This document shows, in pieces, positions 30,650 to 39,593 of a stretch of 64,000 bases of DNA. The notes beneath the pieces were generated by a model. The model did not search any database, was not told the origin of the DNA, and saw only the letters and a program-made list of their open reading frames with translations. The DNA lies in NCBI GenBank assembly GCA_963822965.1, contig CAWGJT010000001.1:224001-288000 (forward strand). The letters are read 5' to 3'. Within the stretch, counting starts at the first letter, position 1. Every line of letters begins with the position of its first letter. This DNA is from an uncultured delta proteobacterium (lineage in GTDB: Bacteria; Myxococcota_A; UBA9160; UBA4427). The translations under genes and the position numbers were made by a program.

Positions 30650-31750
30650 CTAGAAGCACCAGAAGTTCGTGATGCAGAAGTCCTCGTCCAGATACCCGAT
30701 CATGATTCCCATGTCGTGATCGGTGTCGTCCGGCCGATTGATCTGCGCGTGCACACGCATGGTCTGGTTCTTCTTCGTGTGTGTGTGTGGATCACAGACC
30801 GTCATGTCCGAGATGTGACCCGCGTAGTTCGCGAGCCCGATGGGATCCGACGAGACGGTGTTGGAGCTCACCGGATGGGCAGCGTCCGCGCCGCTGCCCG
30901 GACCAACCGGAACGTAGGGCGAGCCCGCCGCATAGCCGGCCACGGACGTGCAGGAGTTCTGGCCGTTGCTCTGGTTCTTCCAAGCGATGCTGACGCCGTA
31001 GTCGTGGATGTGACCACCCAGCGTCACCATGGTGTGGGAGCGGTCCGCCTTCCAGTCCCAGTGCAGGTCGTTGTAGCCCGCGACGGCGTCCGCCTCGGAG
31101 TCGTCGCACTGGTCGATGTCGATCCAGATGGGACGCGTTCGGTCGATCCCGCTACCGCTCGCAGGCACCCAGTGGAACGTGTACTCGAAGTACACGGTCT
31201 TCTGGACCGGCTGCATGTTCATGAGGTGGTAGACGAGACCCCAGTTGTCGTTCGATCCCACGTAGTAGCCGTAGCCATCGTCCACGTGCATGATGGTGCG
31301 CTCGTTGCCCGCGGCGAAGAACCGCTCGTTGCCGCCGGCCGCGCCACCGAGCAGCTTGATGGGCTCGGAGCTGAAGAGGTTCGGACGACAGGTGATGTCC
31401 GGTCGCGAGTAGTTCATGTTCACGACGTGGTGGAGCATCGTGCCGTTGTTGAAGTTCGCCGTCGTGCCGTCCTCGAGCACGAGGTTGGGCTGGATCTGCG
31501 TGATGTAGCAGTCACTGCACGGACGCGGGACGTCGTAGCTCGCCACGGACTGGAACAGACCGATCAGGAAGGCCGACAGGCCGGAGACGCCCGCCACCTC
31601 GTTCTCGACCTGGCCCGGACCGTTCGGCCCCGCTGCCGGAAGTACGATCGGTCCCCAACGGATCGTCGTCACGTTGTCGGCCGCTGCCGGCCCCGCGACG
31701 AGCGCTGCTGCGATGCACCCCGCTGCGATTGCACTGATCTTGCGTTTCAC
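30650..31750 (-). CDS. Secreted protein, putative PHM/DBH-like copper monooxygenase fold
   Basis: GGAGG RBS, signal peptide, LHHV / YHL / GHIH / DMG motifs, several Cys. Confidence 0.6.
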   Translation of the reverse strand: MKRKISAIAAGCIAAALVAGPAAADNVTTIRWGPIVLPAAGPNGPGQVENEVAGVSGLSAFLIGLFQSVASYDVPRPCSDCYITQIQPNLVLEDGTTANFNNGTMLHHVVNMNYSRPDITCRPNLFSSEPIKLLGGAAGGNERFFAAGNERTIMHVDDGYGYYVGSNDNWGLVYHLMNMQPVQKTVYFEYTFHWVPASGSGIDRTRPIWIDIDQCDDSEADAVAGYNDLHWDWKADRSHTMVTLGGHIHDYGVSIAWKNQSNGQNSCTSVAGYAAGSPYVPVGPGSGADAAHPVSSNTVSSDPIGLANYAGHISDMTVCDPHTHTKKNQTMRVHAQINRPDDTDHDMGIMIGYLDEDFCITNFWCF

Positions 31751-31803
31751 GGTGGTTCCCTCCGTTTCGGTGCCGACTCGCGGCACACGGTGAGCGACGT
31801 CCG

Positions 31804-32430
31804 TCAGCGCAGCAGGCCGCGGCCCGTGAGCCTCTGGACGAAGTTGTGGAGCTCCTCGCGCGAGCACGCATCCCGATGCTCGAGCCACCATCCCGCCATG
31901 TGCTGGATGAGCCCGATCATCGACTGCGCGAGAAGCTCCGGGTCCTCGTTGCGGAAAGTCCCTGCCTCGATTCCCTCCTCGAGCAGGGGACGCAGGTCCT
32001 GGGCGTGCTGGTTCATCGCCCAGGTGGCGAGCGAGCCGGACTGGGTGCGGATGTCCCCGGCCTCGCGGAAGTACAGGAAGCCCTTCTCGTTCTCCTCGAC
32101 GAAGGCGAGATAGGACTCGAGGGCGCGCGAGATGCGCTCGGCGAGAGTGCCGGGGCCGCTGGTGGCCTCCTGCATGCGCTTGCGCAACCGGGCCGTGTGC
32201 TCGATGACGAGCTTCGCGAAGAGGTCTTCCTTGCCCTGGAAGTAGATGTAGAAGGTGCCCACGGACAGGCCCGCACGACGCGCGACGTCCTCTACGCGAA
32301 GGCCCGGCACCCCCTCTTCGCTGATCAGCTCGTTGGCGGCATCCAGGAGCCGGCGCAGCGCCTCCGGATTCGGCGTCCGGGCCGGCTTGCGGGGCCGACG
32401 GCGGCGGGGAATGGGACGCAGATCATCCAT
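31804..32430 (-). CDS. TetR/AcrR family transcriptional regulator
   Basis: LLDAANELI..VEDVARRAGLSVGTFYIYFQGKEDL. Confidence 0.95.
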   Translation of the reverse strand: MDDLRPIPRRRRPRKPARTPNPEALRRLLDAANELISEEGVPGLRVEDVARRAGLSVGTFYIYFQGKEDLFAKLVIEHTARLRKRMQEATSGPGTLAERISRALESYLAFVEENEKGFLYFREAGDIRTQSGSLATWAMNQHAQDLRPLLEEGIEAGTFRNEDPELLAQSMIGLIQHMAGWWLEHRDACSREELHNFVQRLTGRGLLR

Positions 32431-32452
32431 GGTCGAGCGATCTCCTGGCTGA

Positions 32453-32490
32453 TGAATGTAGTTATATTCACTGAATTGAGTTCACGTCAA
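32453..32490 (-). promoter_or_regulatory. Sigma70 promoter with candidate TetR operators
   Basis: TTGACG-18bp-TATAAC; imperfect palindromes TGAATGTAGTTATATTCA and TGAATTGAGTTCA in an AT-rich patch. Confidence 0.7.
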
Positions 32491-32599
32491 CGAAAAATGC
32501 GCTCTTGGCTTCCAAATCGGGCAGTTCGTGGCGCGATCCCCCCGATCGCGCCACCTGCCGCGGCCGCTTCGGCGACATGGGGCTCTCAGAACGCGTCGT

Positions 32600-32836
32600 A
32601 GAGCCCGGGGGTTCGGCGTGGTCGATCACCGCGCCCCATGGGCAGCCGAGATCCGCGACCGGCTGGGTGCGGAGCAGGTCCGCAAGGAGGTGGTGGCGGC
32701 GGCGGGCTTCGTCCTGGAAGACGAGAGCGATCTGCTGAGCCACCCCGAGGACGACCGGAAGAGGCGCGTCTTCGACGAGACGAGCCGCGGCCGGGCCGAC
32801 CGCTTCGTCTACCGCTTCCGCAAGCCGGCCGGCTGA
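32600..32836 (+). pseudogene. C-terminal remnant of a predicted SAM-dependent methyltransferase
   Basis: VVDHRA...AAAGFVLEDESDLLSHPEDD..VFD...RGRADRFVYRFRKP with no N-terminal part or start. Confidence 0.55.
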
Positions 32837-32860
32837 AGGCCCCCCGGAGCGCGCCCGGTC

Positions 32861-33466
32861 TCAGGCCTCTTCGGCGAATCGCTCGGGCAGCTCCATGCGG
32901 AAACGGACCTGGTCGGGGCTCAACCGCTTGCCGGTCCAGCGGCGCTTCGATCCCTGGCGCAGGTTGATCTGGTTCATGAAGCCGACGGTCGTTGGGATCA
33001 GCGCGTCCACGAACGACCGCGCGTTGCCGTAGACGATGTCGAGGCTGCGCGAATTCAAGGAGACCTGGAAGTCGAGGAAGTCGTAGAGGCTTCCGGTGAT
33101 GGTGGTGATGAGCTTGGCCTGCCGGGCGAGACCCGTGCGGGATTCGACCCGGCCCGTTCGCTCGGCGTAGTCGAGCTGCTGGTACATGCGGCTGTCGAAG
33201 AGACGGTCGGCCGAGACGGCCCCCTGTCGCTCGAGGTACATAGGGTCGCGATGGCCCGAGACCTCCCAATCCAGCTCCAGCAGCTCGCAGAAGACCCCGA
33301 TCGGGTACCAGCGGGCGATCTCGATCTTCTGGTCGATCAGGGCCAACGCCGGACCCGAGAGCCGCACCTCCAGGGCGTCCGGCGTAATCCGTCCCCGGTC
33401 CCGGAGGCGGCGCACGGCGACCGCCACGCCCAGCACCAGGCTCCCCTTGACCGACTCCGAAGCCAT
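32861..33466 (-). CDS. Hypothetical protein (VKG...WYP type seen in myxobacterial uncharacterised families)
   Basis: GGAGG RBS; MASESVKG, IARWYP. Confidence 0.7.
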   Translation of the reverse strand: MASESVKGSLVLGVAVAVRRLRDRGRITPDALEVRLSGPALALIDQKIEIARWYPIGVFCELLELDWEVSGHRDPMYLERQGAVSADRLFDSRMYQQLDYAERTGRVESRTGLARQAKLITTITGSLYDFLDFQVSLNSRSLDIVYGNARSFVDALIPTTVGFMNQINLRQGSKRRWTGKRLSPDQVRFRMELPERFAEEA

Positions 33467-33500
33467 GGATGGACCTCCCAGAAGCGCTCTTCGGCCGTCT

Positions 33501-33516
33501 GTCAAGCAAACTTGAC
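33501..33516. promoter_or_regulatory. Palindromic site in a divergent promoter region
   Basis: GTCAAG-CAAA-CTTGAC; both arms contain a TTGAC -35-like word. Confidence 0.4.
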
Positions 33517-33595
33517 GAAGCGTCACAGGACTCCCCGAGGAGCCGTCCCAGCGGTTCCGACCGGAATGGCCCACAATCGCCGGCCGGGAGGCCCC

Positions 33596-34339
33596 ATGAC
33601 CGAGAGGATCCTCAGGCGCGACCGCGGCGGCGTGCGCACGATCACCTTGAATCGTCCCGAGAAGCTCAACGCCCTGGACGAGGCCCTGTTCGAGGCGCTG
33701 GCCGACGAGATCACGGCGCTCGAGTCCGCGCAGGACGTCCACTGCGTGGTGCTTCGAGGCGCCGGGCGCTCGTTCTGCGCCGGCAACGACCTGGAGGACA
33801 TCGCCGCCGGACGTCGATCCCCGGACCCGCACTTCCGGGGTCGGACCATCGAGCGGCTGTCGCAAATCCCCCAGCCCCTCGTCGCCCAGATCCACGGGCA
33901 CTGCTACACGGGCGGCCTCGAGCTCGCGCTCGCCGCAGACCTTCTGATCGCGGCGGAGACCGCGCGCTTCGCCGACACCCACGGCAAGTGGGGTCTCACC
34001 CCGCTCTGGGGAATGAGCCAACGGTTGCCCCGCCGGGTGGGCATGTCCCGTGCCAAGGAGCTGATGTTCACCAGCCGTACCGTCTCCGCCCCGGAGGCCC
34101 TCTCGATCGGCCTGGTGGACGGCTGCGTCCCGGACGACCTCCTGAACGAGGAGATTGGGGGACTCACCGGCGCGATCGTGGCGAACTCGGAGTTCAGCAA
34201 TCGGGCCATCAAGCGGCTGCTTGCCGAGACCGAAGGCCTCGGGCTCGCCGAGGGCCTGCGCTACGAGCGGGAGAAGAGCCCGGGCATGGCGCCCGACGCG
34301 GCCGAGCGGATCGCCCGCTTCGGCCAGCGCCGCCGCTAG
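33596..34339 (+). CDS. Enoyl-CoA hydratase/isomerase family protein
   Basis: ITLNRPEKLNAL, SFCAGNDL, GGLELALAADL. Confidence 0.93.
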   Translation: MTERILRRDRGGVRTITLNRPEKLNALDEALFEALADEITALESAQDVHCVVLRGAGRSFCAGNDLEDIAAGRRSPDPHFRGRTIERLSQIPQPLVAQIHGHCYTGGLELALAADLLIAAETARFADTHGKWGLTPLWGMSQRLPRRVGMSRAKELMFTSRTVSAPEALSIGLVDGCVPDDLLNEEIGGLTGAIVANSEFSNRAIKRLLAETEGLGLAEGLRYEREKSPGMAPDAAERIARFGQRRR

Positions 34340-34350
34340 CAGGCCGACCC

Positions 34351-34480
34351 GGGATGGGTCGGCTTGCGCCGCAAGCGAATCCTGCGGATTCGTCAGCTAG
34401 GACCGCGACCCAAGACGAAGTCTTGGGTCGCGGTTGTGCCGCATAGTCTTGGGTCGCGGTTGTGCCGCATAAGGGAGCCC
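34351..34480. repeat. Composite palindromic intergenic repeat, copy 1 (empty CTAG site; internal 26-bp tandem duplication)
   Basis: Matches 39329-39377 + 39541-39593; hairpins CGAATCC/GGATTCG and ACCGCGACCCAAGAC-GAA-GTCTTGGGTCGCGGT; 34419-34444 repeated at 34445-34470. Confidence 0.85.
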
Positions 34481-34493
34481 GAGCCCGTTGGGC

Positions 34494-36212
34494 TCAGAAG
34501 ACCGCGGCCTCGAGGGTCACGTCCGCCCGGGCCCACACCTCCTCCAGCTGCGCCTCGGTCTTCAGCGCGTCCTGCGTCCTTCCCTGGGCGCGCTGGCTCG
34601 CCGCCAGGCCGCGCAGGGACCAGCCGTTGCGGGGTGTGTACTCGAGCTGCTCCCGGAAGACGGCCTCCGCCTCGGCCGGCTGGCCCGCCTGGAGCAGCGC
34701 CTGCCCCAGGGCCTCCCGGATCGGGAAGTACCAGGGCGGCGGCTCGGTGTACGGCAGGGCGTCCTGAAGCGCGACCGCCTCGCGCAGCAGGGGCACCGCC
34801 TGGGTCCAGCGGCCGGACTCGCCCTCGATGCGGGCTTCGAGCACCCGAGAGCCGATCGACAGCAGCTGCGAAGGCGTGGCGCCGGACGCGAAGACGAGCT
34901 CGCTCAGGGCGGGCTCGGCGGCGATCCCGCGAAGCGCTGCGAGCTCGCCGCGCGCGGCCCCTTCGTCGCCCTGGGCCGCCCGGGCCATGCCACGGCCGTA
35001 GTGCCAGACGCCCGTCGCATAGCGCCACGCCGTGGGGGGCGCCGGCATCGCCACCAGATCGTCCCAGCGTCCGAACCGCGCCAGGGCGAACACCTCCATG
35101 GGCGCGAACTCCTCGCTGAGCGGCACCTCGAGGACGATCTCCGGCGTGATTGCGGCCGAGAGCTTGCGCGCCGCACCGATGGAGACGGCGCTGCGACCTT
35201 CGAAGGCACTGGACGCGTACAGGAAGTGGACGTTGTGGGGATAGTAGGCGGCGGGATAGAAGCCCTGGGCTCGACACTGGGTGATGTAGGACTCGTCGGC
35301 AGCCGCGGCCTGCTCGTTCGCCGCGGAGGCATCGTCGTAGCGACCGACCCGCAGGTAGATGTGGGAGGGCATGTGGACCAGGTGACCCGCGCCGGGAGAC
35401 AGGGAGCCCAGCCGATCGGCGGCCTGCTCGCCCCGCTCGGGATCGCTGGAGGGCTCGACGGTGTGGATGTACAGGTGCAACGCCCCGGGATGCTCGGGAT
35501 CGCGGGCCATCACCGTCTCGAGGGCGGCGAGCACCTCGCGCGTCGCGGGCTTGGGCGTGGTCGGATCCACGTAGTAGTCCCAGGGCATGGTGTCCATCAG
35601 CGCCTCGGCGAACAGCGTCTGGACGTCGTCGTCCTCCGGATGCCGACTCGCAACCTCGCGCATGGCGTTCGCGTAGGCGAGATCGAGCGATGCGCGATCC
35701 GCCACGGGCTCCTGTGCGTAGCGCACGGCCAGCGCCTCGATGAGCTCGCGCTCCACGGGGCTGGCGCCCGGGGCGAGGGACAGGGCGCGCCGGGAGGCTT
35801 CCCAGGCCGCCGGCACGTCGGCGTCGTCCATCGGCTTGTTGATGTTCGGACCGAGCACGTACGCTTCGCCCCAGGCGCAGATGCCGCAGCTCGGGTCCTG
35901 GCGCGACGCCTCGACGAACGAGCGATGGGCCTCGGCATGGTTGAACCCGTAGGCGAGCACGAGGCCCTGGGCGAAGTAGCGTCCGGCCAGCTCGGAGCCG
36001 CTGCTGATGGGGCGGCGATACGCCCCGAGGTCGTTGAAGAGCGGTGCGCCCGCTCCCTCCGGCACCACCCGGCGGGGTACGTGGGTATGCGCGTGATCGT
36101 GGGCCTCGTCCGCAGACCCCGGCGCTTCGCCGTGCCCCGTCGCACAGGCGAAGAGGGACAGGGCGGCGATCGACGCGATGACTTCGAGAACGAGGGAGAG
36201 CGAGGTGCGCAT
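34494..36212 (-). CDS. TPR-like alpha-helical putative lipoprotein
   Basis: Signal ending LFAC; YGFNHAEA, GALHLYIH, HLVHMPSHIY. Confidence 0.8.
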   Translation of the reverse strand: MRTSLSLVLEVIASIAALSLFACATGHGEAPGSADEAHDHAHTHVPRRVVPEGAGAPLFNDLGAYRRPISSGSELAGRYFAQGLVLAYGFNHAEAHRSFVEASRQDPSCGICAWGEAYVLGPNINKPMDDADVPAAWEASRRALSLAPGASPVERELIEALAVRYAQEPVADRASLDLAYANAMREVASRHPEDDDVQTLFAEALMDTMPWDYYVDPTTPKPATREVLAALETVMARDPEHPGALHLYIHTVEPSSDPERGEQAADRLGSLSPGAGHLVHMPSHIYLRVGRYDDASAANEQAAAADESYITQCRAQGFYPAAYYPHNVHFLYASSAFEGRSAVSIGAARKLSAAITPEIVLEVPLSEEFAPMEVFALARFGRWDDLVAMPAPPTAWRYATGVWHYGRGMARAAQGDEGAARGELAALRGIAAEPALSELVFASGATPSQLLSIGSRVLEARIEGESGRWTQAVPLLREAVALQDALPYTEPPPWYFPIREALGQALLQAGQPAEAEAVFREQLEYTPRNGWSLRGLAASQRAQGRTQDALKTEAQLEEVWARADVTLEAAVF

Positions 36213-36383
36213 GAGTCCTCCGGCCCGCTATCGCTTCGGGGGCAGGCGGCGGAGAGCCGCCGCAGGCGAGAAATCCTAGCCGAGCCGGATGCGCGCGCAG
36301 CCCGCGGCCGGGGGGCGGGTGGGCGTGCCCGCCGACGAGCCCGTCGATTGCGACGCGAGCCGCCGCCTTCCGGCTTCGGCCCG

Positions 36384-37475
36384 TCAGCGCCGCGCCCTCC
36401 GGGATCCGCGCGCCGGTGCGGCGGGCTCCGCGGGAGCGGGCTGCATCCAGAAGTCCCACAGCGCGGCGACGGTGGCGGGCACGTGGTGCCCCATGACGGC
36501 GTCCACGTGGGTGCCGCCCGGAAGCTCCACGATGCGTCGCGGCCCCGCCTGGCCGCTCGCCTCGAGGGGAGCCACGGCGGCCCGGGGTGCGAAGATGTCC
36601 GCCGTGCCCACCACGGCCGCAATCGGGATCGGCGACTCGCGAACGGCGCGGGCGAGGTCCACGCCTGCGACGGTCGTCTCGAGCGACACCGCATTGCGTG
36701 CCAGCTCCTCCATGACGGCGGGCGATTCCGGGTCGGCGTTCGCGAGGATCGCGCGCAGAGCCGCGGGCGCGGCCGCCTCCGGGTTCGCGAGCCGCGTCAG
36801 CCGCTGCAGCCAGCGCAGGGGACCGCGCGCACCCTCCGCAGAGAGGGGGCCGGCGAGCGCCGCCAGGAACAGGTGCATCGGAACCCGCCGCGGACGCGGG
36901 GCGATCGTCGCGAACGGGCCGAGCACCAGCGACGCCACTCGCACGAGGGGGCGCCCGGCGCCGAGCACCAGGGGCGTCGCCATGGCCGTGAGCGAGGCCA
37001 GCGGCGGGCGACCGGGCAGCAGCGCGCAGCCGAGCAGCCCGCCCATGGAGTGCCCGATCCAGTGCACGCGATCGACCCCGGCTCGAACGCGAACGCCCTC
37101 GATGAGCGCCGGACAGTCGAGCTCGAGGTGGGTCTTCAGGCTCCAGGAATGGGCGGGGTCCACCCGGCTGTCGCCGTGGCCCCGCAGCTCGCCGAGGAAT
37201 ACCCGGGCCCCGCGGTCGACGAGGGTCTCGGGCAGGGGCCCGAGCGTGAACCCCCGGCGATTCTGGGCGAACCCGTGCACCAGCAGGAATGCCGGCCCTT
37301 CCCGGCGGCCAGGCCGAGCCCCGCGACGGACCTCGGTGAGCGCGAGCCTCTGGCCATCCGCGGCCTCGACGAGCTCGACCTCCTCGTGCAGACGGACGAG
37401 CGTGGTCGGGCCCTGCGTCCCGCGACGCGAAGCCTCGGAGCTCGACCGGCCGCCTCCACTCGCCCGTGCCGCCAT
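36384..37475 (-). CDS. Alpha/beta fold hydrolase (start uncertain)
   Basis: LLVHGFAQN, LRGHG, WIGHSMGG, HVD. Confidence 0.85.
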   Translation of the reverse strand: MAARASGGGRSSSEASRRGTQGPTTLVRLHEEVELVEAADGQRLALTEVRRGARPGRREGPAFLLVHGFAQNRRGFTLGPLPETLVDRGARVFLGELRGHGDSRVDPAHSWSLKTHLELDCPALIEGVRVRAGVDRVHWIGHSMGGLLGCALLPGRPPLASLTAMATPLVLGAGRPLVRVASLVLGPFATIAPRPRRVPMHLFLAALAGPLSAEGARGPLRWLQRLTRLANPEAAAPAALRAILANADPESPAVMEELARNAVSLETTVAGVDLARAVRESPIPIAAVVGTADIFAPRAAVAPLEASGQAGPRRIVELPGGTHVDAVMGHHVPATVAALWDFWMQPAPAEPAAPARGSRRARR

Positions 37476-37551
37476 CGTGTCCGCCCTGCCCTTCCGGCGT
37501 CGCGCTTCCCGCGCGCCGGCGTCCCGGTTGCGTGCTAACTCCTCTCGAGCC

Positions 37552-38070
37552 GTGACCTCTCCGACCTCCGACCCTACCGTCGAGCACCTGGCCGCGCTCT
37601 TTCGAGACCACCCGGCCTGGGTGGATGCCGCCGACCACATCTCGCGCCGCGCAACCAGCAACGTCTACTTCCGGCATCGGCCCGGAGAGGTCTGGCACCT
37701 CTGCCAGCAGGCCGGCCGGACGCGGCTCGTCCCCGGCCCGACGCCCGACCCGGACTTCGTCTTCCGCTTCACCGCCGCAGCGGTCGAGCGACTGGGCAAC
37801 GTGCAGGGCGGCGTCGGCCCCTTCGCGATCGAGCTCTTCTCGTGCGTGCTGGACGACGACCCCGAGCAGGGGATCGAGCTGCGCATCGCCGCCGGCTTCA
37901 CGAGGCTCGCCGCCCGCGGCTACGTCCGTCTTCTTCTCGCCGCGGGGCCCCAGGTCGTGGCCTTCGGCCAGCGCCACGGCGTCCCGACCCTCGGCGCCCT
38001 GCGCCGCTTCGTCGCCCAGCTACGCGTACGCGGCCCGGCCGAGTGGGAGACCGCGCCGGAACGCCGCTGA
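37552..38070 (+). CDS. Hypothetical protein (possibly SCP2-like)
   Basis: Coding-like codon bias; PDPDFVFRF motif. Confidence 0.6.
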   Translation: MTSPTSDPTVEHLAALFRDHPAWVDAADHISRRATSNVYFRHRPGEVWHLCQQAGRTRLVPGPTPDPDFVFRFTAAAVERLGNVQGGVGPFAIELFSCVLDDDPEQGIELRIAAGFTRLAARGYVRLLLAAGPQVVAFGQRHGVPTLGALRRFVAQLRVRGPAEWETAPERR

Positions 38071-38082
38071 TCCCCGCGCCGG

Positions 38083-38667
38083 TCAGCGCTTCCGGCCCCC
38101 CTTCGGCCCCAGACGATCGACCAGGTCCTGCAGCTCGTCTCGCAGGAAGTCCCGCGCCTGGCTCCCGATGCGGGACGCTTCGCTGCGAATCTGCTCGAGG
38201 GCCTGCTCGCGCGCCTCGCGGCGGCCGCGCAGACGCGCCGTCCTGACGCCACGGGTGAGCTCGACCCGGATGGCCTGTCCCAGGTTGAAGAGCTCGTCGC
38301 TCAGCCCCCCGACCACCTCGTCGAGGGAGAGGACACGGGTGACGCGCCCGTGCTCGTCGATGATCGGCAGCCGCCGCACCCGGCTCTGCTTCATCTGCTC
38401 GAGCGCCTCGAGCGTACCGATGCCGGCGGGCGCGCAGACGAGGGGCGCCGACATGATCTCCTCGGCGGTGGTCTCCGTCTCGTTCCGCGACTCGGCGACC
38501 ACGCGGCACAGGATGTCGCGGTCGGTCACGATGCCGACGGGCACCTGCTTGTCGTCCACCACGACCACCGTGCCCACGGCCTCGGCGTCCATCTCCTGGG
38601 CCAGCTCGAGCACCGTCGTCTCGCGTCGGGCGGTCACGCACTCCGGGTGCAGCTCCTGGGTCGCCAT
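38083..38667 (-). CDS. CBS domain protein with C-terminal amphipathic extension
   Basis: VGIVTDRDI, VRRLPII; GGAG RBS. Confidence 0.9.
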   Translation of the reverse strand: MATQELHPECVTARRETTVLELAQEMDAEAVGTVVVVDDKQVPVGIVTDRDILCRVVAESRNETETTAEEIMSAPLVCAPAGIGTLEALEQMKQSRVRRLPIIDEHGRVTRVLSLDEVVGGLSDELFNLGQAIRVELTRGVRTARLRGRREAREQALEQIRSEASRIGSQARDFLRDELQDLVDRLGPKGGRKR

Positions 38668-38669
38668 GT

Positions 38670-39113
38670 TCAAGCTCCCTCCGGCGGCGCGGGCTCGGGG
38701 AACTGGGAGCGCGCGACCGCCGCCACCGCGCCGGCACACTCGGCGAAGGCCTGCAGGGCGTCGTCGATGGAGAAGACCCCGACCAGCTTCCGCGTCTCGT
38801 CCACCACCGGAAGACGCCGGACCCCCTCGGCACGCAGGCGTCGGATCGCGACCTCGCGCTCGAGGAACGCGGGCACCGTCGTGACGTCCCTGGCCATGAT
38901 CTCGGAGACGGGCGTCGTATCGAGATCGAGTCGCCGGCGGAGACCCTGAAGGACCACGTCCCGGTCGGTGAGGACGCCGACCGGATGCCGACCCTCGTCC
39001 ACCACCACCAAGCAGCCGACGCCGTCCTCCGCCATGCGCCGGGCCGCCGTCCGAAGCGTCTCCTCGGGCCGGACCACCGTCGGGGTCCCGCGACAGTACT
39101 CGCCGATCGACAT
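38670..39113 (-). CDS. CBS domain protein
   Basis: VGVLTDRDV, VRRLPVVD; GGAGG RBS. Confidence 0.9.
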   Translation of the reverse strand: MSIGEYCRGTPTVVRPEETLRTAARRMAEDGVGCLVVVDEGRHPVGVLTDRDVVLQGLRRRLDLDTTPVSEIMARDVTTVPAFLEREVAIRRLRAEGVRRLPVVDETRKLVGVFSIDDALQAFAECAGAVAAVARSQFPEPAPPEGA

Positions 39114-39163
39114 GTGCCTTCCTCCCTGCCTCCCGTTCGCGGGCTGCCGTGACCTGGCAGGGT

Positions 39164-39178
39164 GCACTTGCCGTGCCA
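39164..39178 (-). promoter_or_regulatory. Putative sigma54 promoter
   Basis: TGGCACG-GCAA-GTGC about 50 bp upstream of the CBS pair. Confidence 0.6.
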
Positions 39179-39328
39179 GCCTCGTGCCCGCGTCGAACCG
39201 GCCGGGGCGCCCGACTGGGGCAGCCCGCCTCGGGGATCCCGGCGCGACGCCCCGCCTGCCCCAGCCGGGAGGCCGGGGAAGATGCCTCGGGTGGGGCTGC
39301 GGAGGGGGCGCGGCGGCGGGGCGCGGCT

Positions 39329-39593
39329 GGATGGGTCGGCTTGCGCCGCAAACGAATCCTGCGGATTCGTCAGCTAGGAGCCTGACCCAAGACTCCCGTG
39401 GAAAGCCCTGGCGTCGAGGCGCGCCACTGGCAAGGCGCGTGAGGAGGCCGTAGCGCGGGCTACGGCGACGCAGCGCAACGCAGCCAGCGGCGATGCATCG
39501 GCGTCAGGGCGGCGCGAGGTGTCTTGGGTCAGGCTCCTAGGAGTGCGACCCAAGACGAAGTCTTGGGTCGCAGTTCCGCCGCAAAGGGAGCCC
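39329..39593. repeat. Composite palindromic intergenic repeat, copy 2, interrupted by a MITE
   Basis: GGATGGGTCGGCTTGCGCCGCAA.CGAATCCTGCGGATTCGTCAGCTAG as at 34352; TGCGACCCAAGAC-GAA-GTCTTGGGTCGCA at 39544-39572. Confidence 0.85.
39378..39536. mobile_element. 159-bp MITE with 16-bp perfect terminal inverted repeats and CTAG duplication
   Basis: CTAG|GAGCCTGACCCAAGAC...GTCTTGGGTCAGGCTC|CTAG; single CTAG at the equivalent position of the 34397 copy. Confidence 0.88.

Noticed and set aside
34402..34470. Possible mini-CRISPR array
   Set aside because: Units are directly adjacent with no unique spacers, and there are no cas genes.
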